Below are positions 38,680 through 48,878 of a stretch of DNA of 64,000 nucleotides, piece by piece. The DNA is taken from positions 1,824,001 to 1,888,000 of the forward strand of contig JASGHG010000001.1 in assembly GCA_047602425.1 (NCBI GenBank). Direction: 5' to 3'. Made by a program: the position numbers and the translations under genes. Positions within the stretch are counted from its first letter, which is position 1. Each line of letters opens with the position of its first letter. The notes beneath the pieces are model-generated. The model did not search any database. It was given only the letters and a program-made list of their open reading frames with translations, and had not been told where the DNA came from. This DNA comes from Nibricoccus sp. GTDB lineage: Bacteria > Verrucomicrobiota > Verrucomicrobiia > Opitutales > Opitutaceae.

Positions 38680-39612
38680 ATGCCCGCCCTTTCGCGCGCC
38701 GAACTTTCCGATTCCCTGATCAAACGTCTCTCCTGGGACGAACTCGACCTCGCGTACCTGCGACGACTGGTCGAAATCGCCCGCGATGAAGATCTCGCCG
38801 GCCTTGGCCTCCGTGCCAAACCACGCAAAACCGGCGACCGCTCCACTGGCAGCATCTCCACCACCCCGCGCCACAGCTCCGCCGATCTCGTCGCCCGCGA
38901 ACCCCTCGTTGTCTGCGGCCTCCCGCTCCTACCGCTCGTCCTAAAAAGTTACGGCGGCAACGCCATCGCCCAGCTTCGCACTCGTGATGGCACGCTGCTA
39001 AAACGCGGCGACGTTCTCGCGACGCTCACCGGCGATCCACGCGTGCTGCTCGCGGCCGAGCGCATCGTGCTCAATTTCCTTCAACGCCTTTCTGGCATCG
39101 CCACGCAAACTAAAATCTACGTCGACGCCCTCGGCTCGTCGCGTACCCGGTTGTTGGATACACGCAAAACCACACCCGGCTACCGCATGCTGGAAAAATA
39201 CGCGGTGGCCTGCGGTGGCGGCTGGAACCACCGGCTCGGGCTCTTCGACCGCGTGATGCTCAAGGACAATCACCTCGCGCTCCTCGGTTCCAGCGACGAT
39301 CTTTCCGCGGCCGTCGCCCGCGCCAAAAAGGCTACGCCCGACCTCGCCGTGGAAGTGGAGGTCGACCGCCTCGACCAGATTCCCCCTGTGCTCGCGGCGG
39401 GCGCCGACATCATCCTCCTCGATAACTTCTCGCCCGCGCAATTGCGCAAGGCCATCGCGCTCATCGGCGGACAGGCTTTCACCGAAGCCAGCGGAGGCAT
39501 CACACTGAAAACGTTGCCCAAACTCGCGAACCTCGGACTCGATTTCGCCTCCACCGGCGCCCTTGTCCACCAAAGCGCCTGGGTCGACATCGGCCTCGAC
39601 TGGCGCACCTGA
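38680..39612 (+). CDS. nadC: Nicotinate-nucleotide diphosphorylase (carboxylating)
   Basis: [49 protein letters not shown]. Confidence 0.95.
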   Translation: MPALSRAELSDSLIKRLSWDELDLAYLRRLVEIARDEDLAGLGLRAKPRKTGDRSTGSISTTPRHSSADLVAREPLVVCGLPLLPLVLKSYGGNAIAQLRTRDGTLLKRGDVLATLTGDPRVLLAAERIVLNFLQRLSGIATQTKIYVDALGSSRTRLLDTRKTTPGYRMLEKYAVACGGGWNHRLGLFDRVMLKDNHLALLGSSDDLSAAVARAKKATPDLAVEVEVDRLDQIPPVLAAGADIILLDNFSPAQLRKAIALIGGQAFTEASGGITLKTLPKLANLGLDFASTGALVHQSAWVDIGLDWRT

Positions 39613-39614
39613 CC

Positions 39615-40637
39615 ATGCCCCGCAACCAATCCACCAGCAACTCGGAGATCACGATCCTGCGCGAACTTTTAGCGCACGAAGATGGTTATTTCTCCGGCAG
39701 CGCGCTGGCCGACGAGCTCAAGATGAGCCGCGTGTCGGTCTGGCAGCACATGGAAAAACTGCGCGAGCAGGGCTTCGAATTCGAGGCCGTGCGAGCCAAA
39801 GGCTACCGGCTGGTGAAACAACCCGCCGGCCTGAATGCCTTGCTAATCGAGGCACGCCTGGCGCCGCAAAAACCGGCCGCGGGTTTTCTGTGTTTCGAAA
39901 CAATCGACAGCACCAACGACGAGGCCGCCCGCCAACTTGCCGCCGGACGCTCCGCGCCTTTCGTGGTCGTCTCGCGCCAGCAGACCCGTGGTCGTGGACG
40001 CTTCGGCCGAGTCTGGCACAGCGAGGACAACGGCAATCTCTACCTCAGCTTCGCGTTCCGCCCGCAACTCCCCCCCGAGCGCATGCAAACCTTTACGCTC
40101 TGGATGGGCGTCAACATCTGCGATTTTGTCGCGAGCTACGCCAAAATTTCTCCCGGGCTGAAATGGCCCAACGACATTCTTTTCAACGAACGCAAGGCTG
40201 GCGGCATGCTCACCGAGGCCCGCATCGATTCCGATCAAATTCGCGATCTCGTTTTCGGACTCGGCCTCAACATCAACAGCGAGGCCTCCAACTTCCCCCC
40301 CGACGTCGCAAAACGCGCCGTTTCGCTCTCTGCGCACGCCAAGACGCCGCTTGACCTCAACAAGCTTGCCGCCGCGGTCGTTGGACGCGTGCTCGACGCC
40401 TACAACCAGTTCGTTGATGGAAAATACCGCGACACTTTCGCCGATCTCTGGAATCGCTTCGACCACCTCCGTGGCAAACCGGTCTCCCTTCAGCACGGCA
40501 GCCAGCAGATCCACGGCACCGCACTCGGCATCGATGAGGAAGGGTCGCTCATCGTGCGCACCGACAAAGGCAAAACCGAACGCTTCCGCGCCGGCGAAGT
40601 GACGATGTCGAAGAAACCGGCCGACCAAAAAACATAA
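39615..40637 (+). CDS. birA: Bifunctional biotin-protein ligase / repressor
   Basis: N-terminal HTH (SGSALADELKMSRVSVW), DSTN, QTRGRGRFGRVW, KWPND. Confidence 0.93.
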   Translation: MPRNQSTSNSEITILRELLAHEDGYFSGSALADELKMSRVSVWQHMEKLREQGFEFEAVRAKGYRLVKQPAGLNALLIEARLAPQKPAAGFLCFETIDSTNDEAARQLAAGRSAPFVVVSRQQTRGRGRFGRVWHSEDNGNLYLSFAFRPQLPPERMQTFTLWMGVNICDFVASYAKISPGLKWPNDILFNERKAGGMLTEARIDSDQIRDLVFGLGLNINSEASNFPPDVAKRAVSLSAHAKTPLDLNKLAAAVVGRVLDAYNQFVDGKYRDTFADLWNRFDHLRGKPVSLQHGSQQIHGTALGIDEEGSLIVRTDKGKTERFRAGEVTMSKKPADQKT

Positions 40638-40643
40638 ACAGAT

Positions 40644-40806
40644 TTTGCCACAGAGGACACAGAGCTCAGACACAAAGTTCACAGAGATCCTAAACAATAG
40701 CGCCATGCGCCCCATTTCGAAACATTTCTATACCACCAAAAAAATATAGATTATTTGATGGCCTCCCTCCTACTCTGTGTCGGAGCTCTGTGGCCTCTGT
40801 GGCAAA
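40644..40806. repeat. Long inverted repeat built of CACAGAG units
   Basis: 35-bp arms 40644-40678 and 40772-40806 with 3 mismatches, around a 93-nt spacer. Confidence 0.75.
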
Positions 40807-40836
40807 TGCCTTGTTTGTTTTTTCCCAATAATCTCC

Positions 40837-41607
40837 ATGCTCCTCTGTATCGACATTGGCAATACATCCACCCATTACGGCGTCGTTGGCGACGATGGCG
40901 CGCTGTTCATGCGCCATCTGCCCACCAAAAAAATCGACGATCCAACCGAGGGCATGGGCCCTGAATGCGAAAAGATTCTTGCCGCGGATTCGTCGATCAA
41001 AGGCGTGGCTTTTTGCTCCGTCGTTCCCGAGGCCAGCAAGCGCCTACTTAACGTCTTCGCCCGCGGCTTGCGCGTGCCGCATTTTCAGCTCACGCACGAA
41101 AAGAAACTCGGCGTGCCCATCACCTACCCGCGACCGGCCGAGATCGGTCAAGACCGCCTCGCCAATGCCGCCGGGGCCAAAGCGCTCGTTGAGATTCCCG
41201 CCATCGTCATCGATATGGGCACCGCTGTCACCTTCGACATTGTCACGCCTTCGCTCGGTTATGAAGGCGGCATCATCGCCCCCGGTGTCGAGGTCATGCG
41301 GCGTTACCTGCACGAGCAAACCGCGTTGCTGCCCGAACTCGACGAGAACATTGACGTACCACGCACCATCGGCAAATCCACGATGGAAGCCATGCGCATC
41401 GGCACGGTCATCGGCTTCGGCGGCATGATCCAAGCGCTACTCGATGCCGTGCAAAGCGAACTTGTCGCCCGCGGCGAAAAAGCCCCGCATATTCTTACCA
41501 CGGGTGGCAGCGCGGCTTTGCTTGAGAAAATTTTGCGCACCCCACACCGCGTCGTGCCCGACATCACCCTACGCGGACTCGCCGCGGCGTGGGAGCTAAA
41601 TTGTTAG
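40837..41607 (+). CDS. coaX: Type III pantothenate kinase
   Basis: IDIGNT, CSVVP, IGQDR, IDMGTAVT, GGIIAPG, TGG. Confidence 0.93.
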   Translation: MLLCIDIGNTSTHYGVVGDDGALFMRHLPTKKIDDPTEGMGPECEKILAADSSIKGVAFCSVVPEASKRLLNVFARGLRVPHFQLTHEKKLGVPITYPRPAEIGQDRLANAAGAKALVEIPAIVIDMGTAVTFDIVTPSLGYEGGIIAPGVEVMRRYLHEQTALLPELDENIDVPRTIGKSTMEAMRIGTVIGFGGMIQALLDAVQSELVARGEKAPHILTTGGSAALLEKILRTPHRVVPDITLRGLAAAWELNC

Positions 41608-41620
41608 TTCTGGATATTGT

Positions 41621-43198
41621 TTATACTTTACCGCGGCGCGCTTCGAGCTGTTGGCGAATTTCAGCCATCTTTGCCTGCGTGAGCGGATAACGTGAGAGCG
41701 CGATCAACGCGACGATCATGCCGACAACCGGGATTGCAGCCAGCAGCAGGCGGATCATGAACAAGGTGTGATCGGACTGGTTGCCTTCTAGCTTGGGATC
41801 GTAACCGACCCATTCGAGAATGAAAAAGGAACAACCAGCCCCCATCGCCATGCCCACTTTCGAAATCCAGGAGACACAGGCCGAGAACGAGCCTTCGCGA
41901 CGACGTCCCGTCTGCAACTCGTCGTAATCGACAACATCGGCCAGCAACGAATAGAACAACATCCAAAATCCAGCGCCCGTAAACGCAGTGAAGCCACAGG
42001 TCAAAAGCTGCAGCCAGCCGTAATTGGGATTATAGAGCCACCACGTACCGATAAAACCGAGGATGGCGGCGGAAAACACGACGGCCATCGTCAAGTTTTT
42101 GCCGGCACGGCGCGCGATAAAACCGAACACACGAATACCTGCCAAACCAAACACCAGGCCGGCAAGACCCATGAGAAAATTCCATCCATTGGCCTCGGTC
42201 ACCCGGCCGCGGCATACATAATAGACGGTGGCGGCGTAGCCGAGCGTGCCGACCATGCTTGTGCCAAGGTTGTAGGCGAGGTTCATTGCCACCTGAGTCT
42301 GAAACGGTTTGCACCGGAGCGTTTGCCAAAGCGTTTCCTTGATGGAAATTTTCTCCTGCTTTCCGGCGACCACAAGTTTGCCGTAGTATCGCTCTCGCAC
42401 CAAAGCGACGCAGGTGAGTCCCGCGATGACAATGCCGACGCCGGCGATGGAACAAAAAACGAGCCCGCCAACGAGGATATTGGGTTTACCCTCAGCGAGA
42501 TTGCTCCACTCGCTTGGAAGCGTGAACAACAACTGCTTCAAGCGTGCGAAGACCGCCATCGGGACCTGCGGCAGGCGTTCGAGCGCATTCTGGTGTGTGG
42601 CTCCTTCCCAAAGCGAAAGGGTGAAAAACTGCCCCGCAAAAAATAATCCCACTTCGGGAATTTTCTGAATCGCGTATTTGTAGGAAAAAACGCTCGTGCG
42701 CTCGTGGTAATCCGGTGTGAGTTCATTACCGAGACTGAGCCATGGCATGTTGAAGCAACTCACGATTGGCAGATAGAGCGCCGAAGAGCCGATCATGAAC
42801 CAGAAGTAGTTTGAGATTTCCTTTCCGAAGATATGCGTGGAACCCCAGCCTCCCGGGACCGCCACAAGCATCGGCAAACCGATGCCAGCCAAGATCGCGC
42901 CCGCGAACATGTATGGACGACGACGACCCCACCGCGAACGCGTGTTATCCGAGAGCCAGCCGAATAACGGATCCGACACGGCATCGATCACGCGATTCAA
43001 AATCACTGCCACGCCGATCAGCCACGAAGGAACCCTGAGGTACATCCCAAAAACCATGAACGCGATGTTGGGGTACAGCCAGTGCCCCCACATGTCGATA
43101 AACGTGCCCAAGCCGTAGCCGACTTTTTGGGAAACCGGGACTTTGTCACTTGGGGTTTGTTGCGTGGCGTCGTGGGAGGAATCAGCCGTGGCCTGCAT
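41621..43198 (-). CDS. MFS transporter, glycoside-pentoside-hexuronide (GPH/MelB-like) family
   Basis: DAVSDPLFGWLSDNTRSRWGRRRPY, ELTPDYHERT, ADVVDYDELQTGRRREG. Confidence 0.9.
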   Translation of the reverse strand: MQATADSSHDATQQTPSDKVPVSQKVGYGLGTFIDMWGHWLYPNIAFMVFGMYLRVPSWLIGVAVILNRVIDAVSDPLFGWLSDNTRSRWGRRRPYMFAGAILAGIGLPMLVAVPGGWGSTHIFGKEISNYFWFMIGSSALYLPIVSCFNMPWLSLGNELTPDYHERTSVFSYKYAIQKIPEVGLFFAGQFFTLSLWEGATHQNALERLPQVPMAVFARLKQLLFTLPSEWSNLAEGKPNILVGGLVFCSIAGVGIVIAGLTCVALVRERYYGKLVVAGKQEKISIKETLWQTLRCKPFQTQVAMNLAYNLGTSMVGTLGYAATVYYVCRGRVTEANGWNFLMGLAGLVFGLAGIRVFGFIARRAGKNLTMAVVFSAAILGFIGTWWLYNPNYGWLQLLTCGFTAFTGAGFWMLFYSLLADVVDYDELQTGRRREGSFSACVSWISKVGMAMGAGCSFFILEWVGYDPKLEGNQSDHTLFMIRLLLAAIPVVGMIVALIALSRYPLTQAKMAEIRQQLEARRGKV

Positions 43199-43464
43199 GC
43201 GGAAGCGGGATTTCGGGGTTTGCGGGGTGATTTTGCGTTAAATTAGGACCCAAGTCGTCTCATGCAATGCCTAAATCGCCGTGTCCTCATCAATTCTTCG
43301 AGGAGGTTCCGTTGTTTTTAAGAAAAACCTGTTTCGCCAAACTTCCGCCCGCCGACACGGTCGATCTGTTTGGCACAATCGCCGAAGCCCTCATTCTCAT
43401 GCTTGCGGGCCTCGATGTCCGTGCTTTCCATTCTCGTAAATTAGTGTGCAGTAAAGAGCACTCC

Positions 43465-44472
43465 ATGCCCGAAGAAGCCACGCCACCTCCTCCGCCTCCA
43501 GCGATCGAAGTCAAAAACCTCGTCAAGAACTACGCCGGTGTCGCCGCCGTGAGCGACGTGAGCTTCACCGTGCAGCGCGGCGAAATCATTGGCTTTCTCG
43601 GACCGAATGGCGCCGGCAAGAGCACCACGATGCGCATTCTCACCGGGTTCCTTCCCGCCACTTCCGGCGTGGTCAATCTCTGCGGCGTGCCTGTCGCGAG
43701 CGAACCCGACGTCATCAAACGACTGATCGGCTACATGCCGGAAAATAATCCCCTGCCGGAGGAAATGCGTGTTTCCGAGTATCTGCATTATCGCGGCCGC
43801 CTGAAGGAAGTTCCCCGCCGCAAGCTCAGCGCGCGCATCGAAGAGGTGCTGGAGCTGTGCGACTTGAAGCGCGTGCGGCACCGGATCATCGGGAAACTTT
43901 CCAAGGGCAACCGCCAGCGCGTGGGCATCGCCGAGGCCGTGCTTGCCGAACCACCTGTTATCATCATGGACGAGCCTACGATCGGCCTCGATCCGCATCA
44001 AATTTTGAAGGTGCGCGACCTCATCGGCAATTTGCGCGGCCGCATGACCGTGCTCATCTCCAGTCACATCCTGCCCGAAATCGAGATGACCTGCGACCGC
44101 GTCGTCATCATCAATCAGGGCCGCATCGTCGCCACCGGCACGCCCAACGACCTGCGCCGCGAAATCATCGGCCATTCCGTCTACCAGCTGGAAATCAATG
44201 GCGAACTGGCCGAAATCGCCAACGCGATCACAAGAGTCGAACCCACGCTCGTCATTGCGAGGCAAAGCGAACCCGACGCCACCGGCTTTCGCACCCTGCA
44301 TCTCACCACCGGCCGCGATGACCCGCTGGGCGAGGAATTGCTCCGCGCGCTTGCGGGCGACACGCGTTTCCGAGTCCGCAGTCTTGCCCGCGAAACGCCG
44401 TCGCTGGAAGACGTCTTCCTCGCCGCGACACGCCGCACCTGGGAAATGGTCGACGCACCGGCCAAGCCCTGA
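43465..44472 (+). CDS. ABC transporter ATP-binding protein (GldA-like)
   Basis: Walker A GPNGAGKST, LSKGNRQRV, MDEPT, SSH. Confidence 0.92.
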   Translation: MPEEATPPPPPPAIEVKNLVKNYAGVAAVSDVSFTVQRGEIIGFLGPNGAGKSTTMRILTGFLPATSGVVNLCGVPVASEPDVIKRLIGYMPENNPLPEEMRVSEYLHYRGRLKEVPRRKLSARIEEVLELCDLKRVRHRIIGKLSKGNRQRVGIAEAVLAEPPVIIMDEPTIGLDPHQILKVRDLIGNLRGRMTVLISSHILPEIEMTCDRVVIINQGRIVATGTPNDLRREIIGHSVYQLEINGELAEIANAITRVEPTLVIARQSEPDATGFRTLHLTTGRDDPLGEELLRALAGDTRFRVRSLARETPSLEDVFLAATRRTWEMVDAPAKP

Positions 44473-44528
44473 CTACAACCATTTTCGACCACTAAACCAG
44501 ACTTGGGATATTTCGAAACCGTTTTCCT

Positions 44529-45290
44529 GTGAAACATTTTTTCACCATTCTCAGCCACGAGATCCGCATGTTGTTGGTCAGTCCGAGCACCTACATTGCC
44601 GCGACCATTTTTCTGGCCATCATGGGGGCGATTTTCACCTCGATGCTGGATTACTACAGCAAAGCCGCGCAAGAGGTGACGCCCGCTGTGCAGTTTTTCC
44701 AATACTTCTGGGTGCCGGTGCTCATCATGGTCCCCTTGCTGACCATGAAAAGCATCGCCGAGGAACGCCGGCTCGGAACGCTGGAGACCCTTCTGACCAC
44801 GCCCGTGACAACGACCGAGGTCGTCGTTGGGAAATTCTTCGCCGCCTACTTTCTTTATATGGCTTTGTGGGCTTGCACCGGCGGGCTCTTCTTCATCCTC
44901 CACAAGTTCGCCCTCGACACCCGTTTCATCGAGCAAGGCCCACTCGTCGGCGGCTATATCTTCGTTACGATCTCGGGACTGCTCTTCGTTTCCATCGGCA
45001 TTTTTTGCAGTTCCCTCGCGCGCAACCAGGCCGTGGCCGGCATTCTCTGCTGCTTCCTGCTTTTCATTTTGATCGTGGGCCTGAGCTTTCTGACCGGAGT
45101 GGATTTTTTGCGAACCGAAGTGATGAAGCCCGTGGAGACTGCCGTAAATCATGCCCAGGTTTTTCAGCACCTCACCGATTTCAGCCGAGGCATTGTCGAT
45201 ATACGCCAGGTGTTGTTTTACGTGAGCGGCACGGTGCTCGCGCTGATTTTCAGCATCTTTACCGTCGAGGTAAAACTCCTGCACAGCTGA
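44529..45290 (+). CDS. ABC-2 permease (GldF-like)
   Basis: PLLTMKSIAEERRLGTLETLLTTP...VVGKF; 6 TM segments. Confidence 0.88.
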   Translation: MKHFFTILSHEIRMLLVSPSTYIAATIFLAIMGAIFTSMLDYYSKAAQEVTPAVQFFQYFWVPVLIMVPLLTMKSIAEERRLGTLETLLTTPVTTTEVVVGKFFAAYFLYMALWACTGGLFFILHKFALDTRFIEQGPLVGGYIFVTISGLLFVSIGIFCSSLARNQAVAGILCCFLLFILIVGLSFLTGVDFLRTEVMKPVETAVNHAQVFQHLTDFSRGIVDIRQVLFYVSGTVLALIFSIFTVEVKLLHS

Positions 45291-45300
45291 GCCCACCGAC

Positions 45301-46824
45301 ATGAAACTCGTCAAAAGCTTTCGCGCCAACCGCTGGATCCGCACCACCAATCTGGTGCTGCAGGCCATCCTGTTTTTCACGTTCTTCGCCGGCCTGAACT
45401 ATTTGGCCATTCGCCATCCATGGCGCGTCGATCTCACCCATCTTCGCAGCCAGTCGCTTTCCGGCGAAACACTCGCCTATCTCAAAAAACTCACGCAGCC
45501 CGTCAAAATCATCGTCACGCTGCGCAAACCCGATGAGAACGACGATTCGGCGCTTGCCCAAGCTTACCGCGATCTCACCGCGCTCCTCCGCGAATACGTC
45601 TACGCCACCGAGGGCAATCCCGCCGGTCGCGTCACTTTCGAGTGCATCGATGTCTACCAGCGCAGCCGCGAGGCCCGCGAACTCGAGCTCAACGAACCAG
45701 GCCCTACCCTCGTGCAATGCGGTGAGAAAAAGCACCATGTAGGCCCCGACGAACTTTATCTGATCGAACAAAAAGAAAAGAAAGCCTTCCTCGGCGAACA
45801 GGCCATTACTGCAGCCATCCTCGACGTTTCCAGCGCGGATAAAAAGAAAATCTATTTCCTCAATGGTCACGGCGAAATGGATCCCAACAGCACCAACGAC
45901 GACCAGGGTCTCTCCGCGCTCGCCGCCGAACTGCGCTATCGCAATTTCGAAGTCGACCGCCTCGATCTTACCACCCGCGGTCGCATTCCCAACGACGCCA
46001 CCCTCATCATCTCCGCCGGACAGGGCCAGATGAACCGCTACAACGCCGCCGAGGAGGAACTCCTGCGCCAATATCTTGCCAATAGCACCAGCGATCGTCC
46101 CGGCCGCCTGCTCCTTTTCATTCCGCCCGGCCTCCCCATGAATCCGCAGCTGGAAGCCACCGGACTTGAAAATCTCCTCTATGATTGGGGCATTTTGGCC
46201 GACGATGTCTTCGTTCGCGACCTCAATCCCAATAGCATCAGCGACAACGAGGATCTGATCATCGATTTCTTCGACGAGAAACATGACATCTCGAAGATGT
46301 TTGCCGCTAACAATCTTAAAATCCGTTTCGGTGCCGCCCGCAGCATACGCGTCAACCCGAGCCGCGCCACCGACGAAAGCCTCTCCGTCACCCGGCTCGC
46401 CGGAACCCGTTCCGAACTCGCTTGGGGCGAACGCAGTTACCGAACCAGACCTTACCGCTACAATTCCGGCATCGATCTTCCCGGAAAACAGATCGGTTTC
46501 GCCGTCGCCTCCGAGCGCGGTTCGGCCAAGGACAAGAATCTGGGCTACAACGTCCAGGGTGGCCGCGTCGTCGCTTTCGCCAGTTCCGACTTCATCGCCA
46601 ACAATCGTCTGAGCAACGAAGGCAATCTCACCTTCGTTCTCTCCAGCATCAACTGGCTCACCGGCCGCGGCACTGTGCTCAACGTTCAAGCCCGCCCCAT
46701 CCAGAAATTCCAACTCACCCTCAACCAACGCGAACTCGAACGCCTCCGCTACAGCCTTCTTGGGGTGTTGCCCGCCCTCGCCGGCTTGCTCGGCCTCATC
46801 GTCTACTGGACCCGCCGAAGCTAA
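45301..46824 (+). CDS. GldG-like ABC auxiliary protein
   Basis: RVDLT...SLSGET, EQAITAAI, IYFLNGHGE, NLTFVLSSINWL; TM segments at both ends. Confidence 0.85.
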   Translation: MKLVKSFRANRWIRTTNLVLQAILFFTFFAGLNYLAIRHPWRVDLTHLRSQSLSGETLAYLKKLTQPVKIIVTLRKPDENDDSALAQAYRDLTALLREYVYATEGNPAGRVTFECIDVYQRSREARELELNEPGPTLVQCGEKKHHVGPDELYLIEQKEKKAFLGEQAITAAILDVSSADKKKIYFLNGHGEMDPNSTNDDQGLSALAAELRYRNFEVDRLDLTTRGRIPNDATLIISAGQGQMNRYNAAEEELLRQYLANSTSDRPGRLLLFIPPGLPMNPQLEATGLENLLYDWGILADDVFVRDLNPNSISDNEDLIIDFFDEKHDISKMFAANNLKIRFGAARSIRVNPSRATDESLSVTRLAGTRSELAWGERSYRTRPYRYNSGIDLPGKQIGFAVASERGSAKDKNLGYNVQGGRVVAFASSDFIANNRLSNEGNLTFVLSSINWLTGRGTVLNVQARPIQKFQLTLNQRELERLRYSLLGVLPALAGLLGLIVYWTRRS

Positions 46825-46848
46825 ATCTTCACCACCGCTAAATTTCCC

Positions 46849-48846
46849 ATGCGCACCAAGGTCACGCTTATCCTTCTTTTGCTGAACGTCGCGCTCTTCG
46901 CCTTCATCTACTATACGCGCGTCGACGATGTCGTCAAAGACACTGCCATCCTCGGACCCGAGACCTCCAATATCCAGACGCTGGTGATTGCCACGGCCAG
47001 CGCCGATACACCGGTCAAAAAAATCGAGCGCGGCGGCCCGGACGTCGCGTGGACTCTCACCGAGCCCCTCCAGTGGCCCGCGAAAGAACACGCCGTTCAC
47101 CGCATTATCAGTGAACTGCAGCAGCTTCGCCCCGACGCCAGTTTCGCCGTCTCCACCATAGAAAAAGCCGGTCAAACTCTCGACAATTACGGTCTCGAAA
47201 AACCGCTGATCACGCTCACCTACACCCCCGCCGCCACCACACCAAACACTACACCTAAAAGCGTTGTGCTTAAAATCGGCAGCGCCACTCCCGCCGGCAA
47301 CCGCATTTACATTCTCTCTCCCGACGGCGAACAAATCCACGTCGTCAATCGCAGCCTGGCCGAAAGCCTTTCCCTTCCTCTCGAAGACCTCCGTGCCGAT
47401 ACCCTATTTTCCATCCAGGTTTTCGAAGTTCGCACCTTTAAACTCCAGCCGCCCGGCAATGCCGTCGCCACCAGCATCAACTACGACAACAACCGCTTCG
47501 TCTTCCAATCGCCTTTCAAGGACAACGATGTCCGCGCCAACAAAGCCGAGACCGTGCTCACCATCAACAAGCTCCAGGCCCTCCGCGTGAAGGAGTTCCT
47601 CGACCCACGCACCATCGACAATACCCGCACCGGCCTCGCTGCGCCCTCGCTTCAAATCACCCTCATCGGCAATAACCGCCGGGAAACCCTCCTTCTCGGA
47701 TCGACGGTCGAGCCCACCTCGACAAATCCACCCCCCGTCACCACACCCGGCGCCGATTCGTCTCCAACCATTGAATACTACGCCAAGATGGAGGACAAAG
47801 CACCAATCTTCAAAATCGCGCTCCCGGTCAAACTCGTCGAAACCCTCGACAATGCCCAGGAAGACCTCCGCGACCGGCAGGTGCTCGACTTCGATCCCGC
47901 CAATGTCACCACCGTGACGCTGTCCGCGCCCAACACGCCCCAAGTCACACTTCAGCGCCTTGACTCCGCCGCCCCGGGTTCCGCCACGACCTCCTGGCAG
48001 GTGGTCCGCAACAACGGCGAAAGCGGTCCGCAGACGTACCCGGCCGACCATGAACGTATCGCCAAACTTCTCGAAAAGCTCGCCCGGCTCTCCGCTGAAA
48101 AATTCGTCGACGACGCCCCTTCGGCTTCCGCTCTGGAAGACTTCGGTTTCAATCGGCCTGCCCGCGAAATTTCCCTGACACTCGCCCGCCCCCAGCCCGG
48201 CGCCGCCGGAACCGTCACCACCCTTCAGATTGGAGCCAAATCTGAAGACGATCCAGTGACCTTCGCCAAACTGACTTCGCACCGCTACATCTACCGAGTC
48301 GCTTCAAGCATTCTCGCGGATACCCCAACCACGGTCCTGGCATACCGCAACCGTCTGATCCGCGAACTTCCCGTCGGCGCCCAGATCACCGCCCTCAAAC
48401 TCACTTCTCTCGATCCGGCCAGCAACAACGCCGTCCTTCTCGACGTCACCCTTCCCCTCTCCGACACTGCAACGCCGGACGTCCTGCCTCCCCAGCGCCG
48501 CGCCGCGATCGAAGCTCTTGCCTCCCAGCTTCGCTCATTGCGCGCCAAAAACCTGCTTCGCGAAGAATTCCCCACCAACCTCTCCATTGCGGGCGTACAA
48601 CGCCCCTGGCGCTATCGTTTGGACACCACCCTCACTTTGGTCGGCGGCGCGAGCACCCAAACCACCACCCATACCCTCTATTTCACCGAGCGTCTCGGCG
48701 GCACCACGCAGTACGTCGGCTCACCCGACCTTCTCCTCGTCTTCGAAGCCGAACAGCCCTTGATCGATACGCTTTTCACCCTTGTCTACGGCTCGAAGGA
48801 CCCCGGCCCTACGCCGGAACCACCCGTCACTCCTAAAACTCCCTGA
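46849..48846 (+). CDS. DUF4340 domain protein
   Basis: N-terminal TM anchor; three repeats with YGLEKP / TGLAAP / FGFNRP and 'LR' ends; usual neighbor of GldG. Confidence 0.8.
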   Translation: MRTKVTLILLLLNVALFAFIYYTRVDDVVKDTAILGPETSNIQTLVIATASADTPVKKIERGGPDVAWTLTEPLQWPAKEHAVHRIISELQQLRPDASFAVSTIEKAGQTLDNYGLEKPLITLTYTPAATTPNTTPKSVVLKIGSATPAGNRIYILSPDGEQIHVVNRSLAESLSLPLEDLRADTLFSIQVFEVRTFKLQPPGNAVATSINYDNNRFVFQSPFKDNDVRANKAETVLTINKLQALRVKEFLDPRTIDNTRTGLAAPSLQITLIGNNRRETLLLGSTVEPTSTNPPPVTTPGADSSPTIEYYAKMEDKAPIFKIALPVKLVETLDNAQEDLRDRQVLDFDPANVTTVTLSAPNTPQVTLQRLDSAAPGSATTSWQVVRNNGESGPQTYPADHERIAKLLEKLARLSAEKFVDDAPSASALEDFGFNRPAREISLTLARPQPGAAGTVTTLQIGAKSEDDPVTFAKLTSHRYIYRVASSILADTPTTVLAYRNRLIRELPVGAQITALKLTSLDPASNNAVLLDVTLPLSDTATPDVLPPQRRAAIEALASQLRSLRAKNLLREEFPTNLSIAGVQRPWRYRLDTTLTLVGGASTQTTTHTLYFTERLGGTTQYVGSPDLLLVFEAEQPLIDTLFTLVYGSKDPGPTPEPPVTPKTP

Positions 48847-48878
48847 GCCGGCCCGCGCCCGATCAGACCGCCATCGCC

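Noticed and set aside
43465..46824. Gliding motility machinery
   Set aside because: Only GldA/F/G-like ABC components are present. No GldK-N or T9SS genes occur in the window, and these families are found in non-gliding bacteria.
45259..47340. 693-aa minus-strand ORF (also 52841-54670, 34241-35944, 27314-28702, 25452-26609, 44181-45380)
   Set aside because: These are antisense shadows of well-supported genes. Stop-poor reverse frames are expected with strong GC codon bias, and they carry no recognizable motifs.
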